This document shows, one piece after another, positions 23,570 through 33,302 of a stretch of DNA of 64,000 nt (positions are counted from its first letter, which is position 1; each line of letters starts with the position of its first letter). The notes beneath the pieces were generated by a model. It saw nothing but the letters and a program-made list of their open reading frames with translations. It searched no databases and was not told the origin of the DNA. A program made the translations under genes and the position numbers. The DNA comes from Ranitomeya imitator (taxonomy: Eukaryota), in contig NC_091283.1 in the NCBI RefSeq assembly GCF_032444005.1, forward strand, positions 27,590,001 through 27,654,000. Reading direction: 5' to 3'.

Positions 23570-24180
23570 TCCAGGAGACGTCTTCAACTAGTGGTAGGGG
23601 AGCCCTGGAAACGTCCTCATGTAGTGATGCAGAGTGCAGGAGACATCCTCATGTAGTGCTAGAAAAGCCCAGGAGACGTCCTCATCTAGTGATGGTGGAG
23701 CCCAGGAGACGTCCTCATCTAGTGATGGTGGAGCCCAGGAGACGTCCTCATCTAGTGATGGTGGAGCCCAGGAGACGTCCTCATCTAGTGATGGTGGAGC
23801 CCAGGAGACGTCCTCATCTAGTGATGGTGGAGCCCAGGAGACGTCCTCATCTAGTGATGGTGGAGCCCAGGAGACGTCCTCATCTAGTGATGGTGGAGCC
23901 CAGGAGACGTCCTCATCTAGTGATGGTGGAGCCCAGGAGACGTCCTCATCTAGTGATGGTGGAGCCCAGGAGACGTCCTCATCTAGTGATAGGGGAGCCC
24001 CAGAAACGTCCTCATGTAGTGATAGAGTGCAGGAGACATCCTTATCTAGTGATTGCGGAGCCCAGCAGACGTCCTCATCTAGTGATGGTGGAGCGAAGAC
24101 CCATCCCCATCTAATGATAGTGGAGCCCAGGAGACGTCCTCATCTTAGGATGGTGGAGCCCAGGAGTCGTCCTCAGCCTC
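23570..24180. repeat. 33-bp minisatellite (CCCAGGAGACGTCCTCATCTAGTGATGGTGGAG)
   Basis: About 10 near-perfect copies at about 23670-23990 plus degenerate flanks, starting about 100 bp upstream of the B3GALT4 ATG. Confidence 0.95.
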
Positions 24181-25772
24181 ATACGATCAGTCCTGGGAGC
24201 CGCACACAGAGGATGGCACTGAGCTCTGCTGAAAAACACAAACAAACCTAGTCAGTGCCTGCACATAAACACCTTCTTTGCATGTCCGTTTGTTCTGTTC
24301 GTATGCAGTTCATCGATTCACTCACAGTCAAGTGTGGAAAAGCACCTACAATGACCAGCAGTGAACGCTATAGTGTCACAACGCGTCACTGTAGTCGCAC
24401 TTGCAGCACCTAATTGTATCCTGCTCTTCAGCCTGGACGGTTGCATCTTGACACAGTTCAGATTGTAAAGCAGTTATCGCTGAGACAAATTACGGCATGG
24501 GACAGTATGTCGGAAAGGTGAGGGATATGGTGGTTTTTGTTTTTTTTTACTGGAGACAAGAGCTTCAATGGAATGGTCGCAAGGTGAGTATAACTGTGTT
24601 TTTATTTTTCCATAAATGTGTTAAACAGGGTGTTTTGTATTATTTCAAATAAAGGACTGGGTGTCTATTTACAATATGACTATGGGGTTAGTAATGGAGG
24701 GTCTTATAGACGCCTCTCCATTACTAACCTCTGGGCCTGATGTCACCTGACAATACAAAGATGACATCAACCCTGCAAATACTAACCCAACTTCCCACCG
24801 TCACAGGGCAAAGTTGGTAGAACGAGGCTAAGTGTCAGATTTGATGCATCTTATGGATGCACCATTTCAGTTGTAGCTGAGTGCAGAGGTTGGTAGCCTC
24901 ACAACTGTCTGTTTAGCCTTTGCTGGTTTGAATTTATAGGGTGACTCATTTTTGTTCTAGGGTCCCCCGTAAAGTCACCAAGAAAGGCGAAGTAAACAGC
25001 TGTGAGCTGTTATTAAATAGCCTGGAAACCTTGGTATTGTCTCTTGTCCCAGATTATTAACATCGGCCCCCAGCCGTGGGCTTTCCCTTTGCTGGTTATT
25101 AAAATTATGCAAGAGCCCACGCCATTTACTTTATTTAAATATTAATTTTATACAGGATGTACACAGCTGCTCCTGAGTACAACTCCCATCATTGTTGTCT
25201 GGTTGCACTGATCTCAGGGAGACCAGGTGACGATGACAGTTGCCTTTAGCAGCCGGCGCCTGGGAACAGTGTGAACTGTACCACTTCTTCCCTGGCGCCG
25301 GTAAGTGTCACACGGACCATAAATCTCACCCGTACTGGTTTTTCCTGTACAGAAATCACCAGAAAGAGGCCAAAGACACAGAAAAAAACAAGACGGAGAA
25401 GACCTGAATCCCGTACGACGGTCCTCAGGACAAGATGAGCACAAGTCTCGTGAAATACTCTGTGCTGCCGAGTACCTTGCCCCTCTCCATACTGCAGATC
25501 TTATTTATATCCACACTCACATCTTGCTCAGAATCATATCCAGCTGCAATTGAACTAAACCGATGATTCACATCTGACATTTACTGCGATTCTCAGAAAA
25601 TTGTGCTGACTTTCCTCGGAAATATTCTGGCAAAACCCCAGATGCGATTACAACAGGCGAATGTAACCACACAGTCCGCACTGAATGCTGTTTGTTACAA
25701 TGTATCACAATTAAAGTCAGTGGTGCACTCTATGTATAATAGGACGGTGCTCGAAGGAAAAGGAATACAATT

Positions 25773-27353
25773 TAGAACGATGACCGTCGGCGCTCACTAA
25801 GTCACAGAGGAGTTAAAGGTTCAAAACATTTCCAGTTTAATGAACAGCCGACATAGTGGAACATACAGACATCAAATCATATAACGTTTTGGCACCATTG
25901 CCTTTATCAAGGGTGTCTATAAGTATTTAACCAAAAATAAAAAATATAAACATAGTATGATTAACATCATCATTATAGAATTGACCAAGAAATTAACAAA
26001 ATAGTCCTTGTGCTTAATACAAAAAAACAAAACGCAAATCAATGATGAGCGGCTGCGTATATCCACCCGGACAAGTAACATACCGAAGGAAGAAGATGTG
26101 GAGAACAACTTAAACAGGTCTATTATAGCTGATAGAAAGATAAGACCGGCATAGGACGAGGAAAGAGCTAATAATGAGGGAAAGAAAGAAAAGTAGAGTG
26201 ACACTGCTGATAGAGTGCAGCATGGAGAGCCAGCAGTCACCGCAGTATAGAAACGGAAACCAAGTTATAAATAGTCCTTATGATTTAATCAACAAAGGTC
26301 CCAGAACACATAAAAACGTAAACAAAGAAGTAAACATAGAAAAGTAAACCAGAAACTCCATCTATAAAGGAGCAGAGGACAAGGGGAAATAGAAAACAAG
26401 CAGCAGGAAGCACTGAGCAAAAGCAGGCAAAGAACAACAGCGACAGTGTCATGTTCAAAGAGACAAATCTGCTAGTAAGAGCATGTTGTGATAATAAGAT
26501 GCATAAGAACCTGTACGTGATATATGACGGGATATTTCCACATTTTCAGAACGGTAGGGTGAAGGCCATGTCAACAGTAACATGTAGGAACAGCCCATAT
26601 GCAAGAAACAATGTCCCAGTATAAGAGAGGGAGAAAAGGAAAAGATAAAATAACCCACATGACGCCTTATGTATTCTTATCTTTTCTCCCTGTTATCATT
26701 ACAACCTTCTCTTACTATCAGATTTCTCGCTATTTGAACATTACAGTGTCGCGGTTGTTCCTGCTGCTTATTTTCTATTTCCCCTTCTCCTTTATATATA
26801 GAGTTTCTTTGTTTACTTCTTTATGGGTTCTGGGACCTTTGTTGATTAAATCATAAGCACTATTATTGATCACTTTTTCCCTGGTTTGGTGTTTCCATAC
26901 TGCGGTGACCGCTGGCTCTCCATGCTGCACTCTATCCGCAGTGTCACTTTTCGTTATTTCCCTCATTATTAGCCCTTTCCTCGTCCTATGCCGGTCTTAT
27001 CTTTCTATAATAGACCTGTTTAGGTTGTTCTCCACATCTTCTTCCTTCGGTATGTTACTTGTCCGGGTGGATATACGCAGCCGCTGGTCATTGATTTATG
27101 CTTTTTCCTTGTTTTTGTATTAAGCACCAGGACTATTTTGGTCGTTTCTTGGTCAGTTCTATAATGATGATGTTAATCATACTAGGTTTATTTTTGTTTA
27201 AATACTAATAAACTCCCTTGATAAAGCCAATGGTTCTGAAACGTGGGATGATTTGATGTCTGTATGTTCCACTATGTCGGCTGTTCATTAAATTGGAAAT
27301 CTTTTGAAACGTTAACTCCTCTGTGACTTAGTGAGCTGACGGTCATCGTTCTA
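25773..27353. repeat. ~1.6-kb diverged fold-back palindrome, probably Penelope-derived
   Basis: The left arm TAGAACGATGACCGTC..CTCACTAAGTCACAGAGGAGTTAA mirrors the right arm TTAACTCCTCTGTGACTTAGTGAG..GACGGTCATCGTTCTA. Homology continues to a centre near 26660. Confidence 0.85.
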
Positions 27354-28551
27354 TATGTTACAATGTGTCAGCGCAGGTAAAATGTCCCAGCCGGGATCCC
27401 ACACAGGATTGTCTGCTGGATACAAGTGTAACAAACCCTCAGCTGTGACAAGATCTGAACGGGTATTCTAAATATAAAAGGGCAAAAAGTGAATGTCGCC
27501 ACCAGCAGCAAGCGGAGATCTTACAATGTGCGAACCAAACAAATGAAGAAGAACATGAGCAGACACGAATGGTGGAGGAAATCTGTGCAGCCAGTATGAC
27601 CCCGCCGGCACTGTCTGATCTCCTCTCACTATACACTACAGGACAGGCTGTAATTCTTGTGGAACTACAAGGCCCAGCACAGGCAGGGTAACAACTGCAG
27701 AACGCTGCCTTCAAACGTGGAGATATGCGAGGTAGGACATTCTAGTTTCTTATTCAGTCCCATTGTCTCTCTGGTCCCCTCTGTATAACCTCCAGCCCCC
27801 CGTTATTTACCATCCGGACCCCCCCATGTCATCTCCCTTCACTACAATGTGACAGAACGGCCGGTGGTGCGGACCTCACTGATACCGGCGGGGGAACAAG
27901 TCCGTCTATTACAATTCTTCCCTTCTAATCTTCCCCCCATCTCCTGTGAGTGACATTACAGAGAAGTGGAAGGAACCGCAGCAACTCCGCCACGAAGTGG
28001 AGACCCCATAACGATACAGAGCGGAGGAGCAGAGGGCAGAAAAGTCACCACTGCTCTGCTGACCCCATAACTGTAGAGTGACAGAGCTGCGCCCCCGCTG
28101 GGAGCTTCATGGCCGAGCAGCTGCAGGCAGCCGTACATCACCAAGCACAATGCGGAGTGTCGGACGGAGCGGTGTGAAGCTGCCACCATTGGACTCTGGA
28201 GGAGACGTGTTCTGTGCAGTGACGGATCGCACTTCTCTCTGTGTCTGATGCCTCTTTCCTGTCCCCGGGTCCATACAGATATGGGGGGACATGAGCAGCG
28301 CACAGAGCCCCTCAGCCCCCTATACATGGAGATTGTGCCCCCCAATTTCAGGGTCAGACCCCACAAACGCTCTTCTGGATGAAGGGGAAAATCCCACAGA
28401 TAAAACCTTGTAGAAATCCCAGAAGAGCGGAGACGTCGCCAAACTGGTGGGACAGCGGCGATCTGCAGCCGGGGGCACCGGTCACCGTCACACGGGAGGG
28501 GGGGATTCTGGACTTTTTCTTAATATTTTTTCATTAAAATTAATAAGCAGC

Positions 28552-30507
28552 AGGGGGGGAGGTATCACTGGGGTGAGGGGGGATAACACAGGGGTGAGGG
28601 GGGGGGGATAACACCAGGGTGAGGGGGGGGGATAACACCAGGGTGAGGGGGGGATAACACAGGGGTGAGGGGGGGGGGGGATAACACAGGGGTGAGGGGG
28701 GGGATAACACCGGGGTGAGGGGGGGGGGATAACACCGGGGTGAGGGGGGGGGGATAACACCGGGGTGAGGGGGGGGATAACACCGGGGTGAGGGGGGGGG
28801 GGGATAACACCGGGGTGAGGGGGGGATAACACCGGGGTGAGGGGGGGATAACACAGGGGTGAGGGGGGGGGATAACACCGGGGTGAGGGGGGGGGGGGAT
28901 AACACCGGGGTGAGGGGGGGGGGATAACACCGGGGTGAGGGGGGGGGGATAACACAGGGGTGAGGGGGGGGGGATAACACCGGCGTGAGGGGGGGGGATA
29001 ACACCGGCGTGAGGGGGGGGGGGGATAACACCGGCGTGAGGGGGGGGGGGGATAACACCGGGGTGAGGGGGGGGGATAACACCGGCGAGAGGGGGGGGGA
29101 TAACACAGGGGTGAGGGGGGGATAACACCGGGGTGAGGGGGGGATAACACCGGGGTGAGGGGGGGATAACACCGGGGTGAGGGGGGGGGATAACACCGGG
29201 GTGAGGGGGGGGGATAACACAGGGGTGAGGGGGGGGGATAACACAGGGGTGAGGGGGGGGGATAACACAGGGGTGAGGGGGGGGGATAACACAGGGGTGA
29301 GGGGGGGGGATAACACATGGGTGAGGGGGGGGGGGATAACACCGGCGTGAGGGGGGGGGGATAACACCGGGGTGAGGATAACACTGGGGTGAGGGGGGGT
29401 AACACCGGGGTGAGGGAGGGATAACACAGGGATGAGGGGGGGGATAACACCGGGGTGAGGGGGGGGGATAACACCGGGGTGAGGGGGAGGGGGATAACAC
29501 CGGGGTGAGGGGGGGGATAACACAGGCGTGAGGGGGGGGATAACACCGGCGTGAGGGGGGGGGATAACACCGGGGAGAGGGGGGAGGGATAACACCGGGG
29601 TGAGGGGGGGGGATAACACCGGGGTGAGGGGGGGGATAACACAGGGGTGAGGGGGGGGATAACACAGGGGTGAGGGGGGGATAACACCGGGGTGAGGATA
29701 ACACCGGGGTGAGGGGGGGTAACACTGAGGGGCGATCTAATAACCATGTATAAGTATATAAGGGGACAATACAAATATCTCGCTGAGGATCTGTTTATAC
29801 CAAGGAAGGTGACGGGCACAAGGGGGCATTCTTTGCGTCTGGAGGAGAGAAGGTTTTTCCACCAACATAGAAGAGGATTCTTTACTGTTAGGGCAGTGAG
29901 AATCTGGAATTGCTTGCCTGAGGAGGTGGTGATGGCGAACTCAGTCGAGGGGTTCAAGAGAGGCCTGGATGTCTTCCTGGAGCAGAACAATATTGTATCA
30001 TACAATTATTAGGTTCTGTAGAAGGACGTAGATCTGGGGATTTATTATGATGGAATATAGGCTGAACTGGATGGACAAATGTCTTTTTTCGGCCTTACTA
30101 ACTATGTTACTATGTTACTATGTAACACCGGGGTGAGGGAGGGATAACACAGGGGTGAGGGGGGGGGGGATAACACAGGGGTGAGGGGGGGATAACACAG
30201 GGGTGAGGGGGGGTAACACCGGGGTGAGGGGGGGGGGGGATAACACAGGGGTGAGGGGGGGGGGATAACACCGGCGTGAGGGGGGGATAACACCGGGGTG
30301 AGGGGGGGGATAACACCGGGGTGAGGGGGGGGGATAACACCGGGGTGAGGGGGGGGATAACACCGGGGTGAGGGGGGGGATAACACCGGGGTGAGGGGGG
30401 GGGGATAACACAGGGGTGAGGATAACACCGGGGTGAGGGGGGGTAACACCGGGGTGAGTGAGGGGGGGTAACACAGGGGTAAGGGGGGATAACGCCGGGG
30501 TGAGGGG
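28552..30507. repeat. G-rich ~22-bp minisatellite (GATAACACCGGGGTGAGGGGGGG), split by a CR1 fragment
   Basis: Arrays at 28552-29725 and 30123-30507. Confidence 0.95.
29726..30122 (+). mobile_element. CR1 3'-end fragment (5'-truncated, about 400 bp)
   Basis: Nearly identical to the reverse complement of 17781-18180. Encodes MYKYIRGQY...NNIVSYNY*. It has a (TATGTTAC)n tail, and TAACAC occurs on both sides. Confidence 0.93.
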
Positions 30508-30800
30508 GCTCCGGGGGTCGCACGGCCGCGCCGGTTCTCACCTTCCTCTCCGCAGTCCTCGCCCTGTTCTGTTCGTGGTTCTTTCTCTTCATCTTCAGCG
30601 CATTAAGCTGCGCTGAGGTATGTGGGCGGGGCTGTCTCCATGGTGACCGCTGAGGGCGGAAGTGGGAAGCTATTTCCGGGTGACAGTTGAGAGCTGCACG
30701 GCACGCTGCAGGACGGAGAAACGGTAAAAAAACGCGTCATTACCGCGAGCGGAGGCGTGAATGTGGGGGCGGTGGAGAACTACAGATCCCAGCATAACAC
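30500..30800. promoter_or_regulatory. CpG-rich bidirectional promoter upstream of PFDN6
   Basis: ETS motif GCGGAAGTG at 30656-30664 and CpG-rich sequence. Candidate + strand donors for a non-coding PFDN6 exon 1 are at 30618 (AG|GTATGT) and 30724 (CG|GTAAAA). The PFDN6 ATG directly follows a splice acceptor, so an upstream exon is required. Confidence 0.65.
30542..30641 (-). other. Orphan first exon resembling WDR46 exon 1
   Basis: Strong Kozak GTCACCATGG. METAPPTYLSAA* is followed in another frame by MKRKNHEQNRARTAERK|GTGAGA (phase 0). It is head-to-head with PFDN6. Confidence 0.55.
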
Positions 30801-30850
30801 ACGTTATTTGTGTATATGGTATCTCCAGCAGCTCACTCCACCCCCCCCCC

Positions 30851-32775
30851 CCTTAACCAGCGACAACCGGGGTTCCCCTCCCCCCATAACAGGGACAACC
30901 GGGGCTTCCCTCCCCCCACAACAGGGACAACCGGGGTTCCCCTCCCCCCATAACAAGGACAATTGGGGCTTCCCTCCCCCCACAACAGGGACAACCGGGG
31001 TTCCCCTCCCCCCATAACAGGGACAACCGGGGCCTCCCCCCCCCCCACAACAGGGACAACCGGGGCTCCCCTCCCCCCATAACAAGGACAATCGGGGCTT
31101 CCCTCCCCCCACAACAGGGACAACCGGGGTTCCCCTCCCCCCATAACAGGGACAACCGGGGCTCCCCTCCCCCCATAACAAGGACAATCGGGGTTTCCCT
31201 CCCCCCCACAACAGGGACAACCGGGGTTCCCCTCCCCCCATAACAGGGACAACCGGGGCTTCCCTCCCCCCATAACAGGGACAACCGGGGTTCCCCTCCC
31301 CCATAACAGCGACAACCGACCGAACTCCCCTCCCCCCACAACAGGGACAACCGGGGCTCCCCTCCCCCCATAACAGCGACAACCGGGGTTCCCCTCCCCC
31401 ATAACAGCGACAACCGGGGTTCACCTCCCCCCATAACAGGGACAACCGACCGAACTCCCCTCCCCCCACAACAGGGACAACCGGGGCTTCCCTCCCCCCA
31501 CAACAGGGACAACCGGGGCTTCCCTCCCCCCACAACAGGGACAACCGGGGCTCCCCTCATAACAGGAACAATCGGGGCTTCCCTCCCCCCACAACAGGGA
31601 CAACCGGGGTTCCCCTCCCCCCATAACAGGGACAACCAAACTCCCCTCCCCCCATAACAGCGACAACCGGGGCTCCCCTCCCCCCATAACAGCGACAACC
31701 GGGGTTCCCCTCCCCCATAACAGCGACAACTGGGGTTCCCCTCCCCCCATAACAGGGACAACCGACCGAACTCCCCTCCCCCCACAACAGGGACAACCGG
31801 GGCTTCCCTCCCCCCACAACAGGGACAACCGGGGCTCCCCTCATAACAGGGACAATCGGGGCTTCCCTCCCCCCATAACAGGGACAACCGGGGTTCCCCT
31901 TCCCCCATAACAGGGACAACCAAACTCCCCTCCCCCCATAACAGCGACAACCGGGGCTCCCCTCCCCCCATAACAGCGACAACCGGGGTTCCCCTCCCCC
32001 ATAACAGCGACAACCGGGGTTCCCCTCCCCCCATAACAGGGACAACCGACCGAACTCCCCTCCCCCCACAACAGGGACAACCGGGGCTTCCCTCCCCCCA
32101 CAACAGGGACAACCGGGGCTCCCCTCATAACAGGGACAATCGGGGCTTCCCTCCCCCCATAACAGGGACAACCGGGGTTCCCCTTCCCCCATAACAGGGA
32201 CAACCAAACTCCCCTCCCCCCATAACAGCGACAACCGGGGCTTCCCTCCCCCCATAACAAGGACAATCGGGGCTTCCCTCCCCCCACAACAGGGAAAACC
32301 GGGGCTCCCCTCCCCCATAACAAGGACAACCGGGGTTCCCCTCCCCCCATAACAGGGACAACCGACCGAACTCCCCTCCCCCCCCCCCAACAGGGACAAT
32401 CGGGGCTCCCCTCCCCCCACACAACAGGGACAACCGGGGCTTCCCTCCCCCCACAACAGGGACAACCGGGGCTCCCCTCCCCCCATAACAGGGACATTCG
32501 GGGCTTCCCTCCCCCCACAACAGGGACAACCGGGGTTCCCCTCCCCCCATAACAGGGACAACCAAACTCCCCTCCCCCCATAACAGCGACAACCGGGGCT
32601 CCCCTCCCCCCATAACAGCGACAACCGGGGCTCCCCTCCCCCCATAACAGCGACAACCGGGGCTCCCCTCCCCCCATAACAGCGACAACCGGGGCTCCCC
32701 TCCCCCCATAACAGGGACAACCGAACTCCCCCATAACAAAGACAACTGGGGCTCCTATCCCCCATAATAGCAACA
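30851..32775. repeat. C-rich ~32-bp minisatellite (CATAACAGGGACAACCGGGGTTCCCCTCCCCC) in PFDN6 intron 1
   Basis: About 60 variant tandem units. Confidence 0.95.
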
Positions 32776-33044
32776 ACCACATCCGCTTTCCTCTCCGGAT
32801 GGAGGCCCCTTAGTATTCGGGCTGTGACCTCAGCTGGGGATGTCAGGGGGCGCAGACATGACTGGTGGGGTCCTTCCCTCTGAGTCTTGTGATGTGGCAG
32901 CCATGGCCGGTCTCCTCACACCGTCTGCAGCGTTATCCACCCGTGATGTTTCCAGCCCCGTTTACATTCGGCCGTGTTCACACGATCAGTGTTTGTAGCG
33001 ACACCAGGAGTGGAGGGAGGAGAAGTATAATACAAACCCGTCGC

Positions 33045-33178
33045 CGCTCCTGGATTTCTCGCCCGCTCCTGGATTTCTCGCCCGCTCCTGGATTTCTCGC
33101 CCGCTCCTGGATTTCTCGCCCGCTCCTGGATTTCTCGCCCGCTCCTGGATTTCTCGCCCGCTCCTGGATTTCTCGCCC
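33045..33178. repeat. 19-bp tandem repeat (CGCTCCTGGATTTCTCGCC) x7
   Basis: Tandem copies are directly visible. Confidence 0.95.
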
Positions 33179-33302
33179 TCACCAATACTGACGTATCCTG
33201 TTGGACTAACGATCTGCGCTCTCGTCTCCCGGCCCCGATGCTCCCGCTGGATTCCTAGGAGTGATCTGTGTTTATAGCTGATCCTGTTCTCTCTGCTCCC
33301 AG

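Noticed and set aside
27439-27731. Exon-like + strand stretch ending GAG|GTAGGA
   Set aside because: It has an in-frame stop, no recognisable homology and no partner exons. It is probably a repeat fragment.
2000-30500. Direct sequence evidence for inversion breakpoints (a split repeat mirrored between 2100-6300 and 24000-30500)
   Set aside because: None was found by eye. The inversion remains an inference from gene order and the orphan exon.
28488-32782. Very long Pro/Gly/Cys-rich ORFs (160-505 aa)
   Set aside because: They are stop-free translations of two minisatellites. One starts in the antisense frame of a CR1 fragment.
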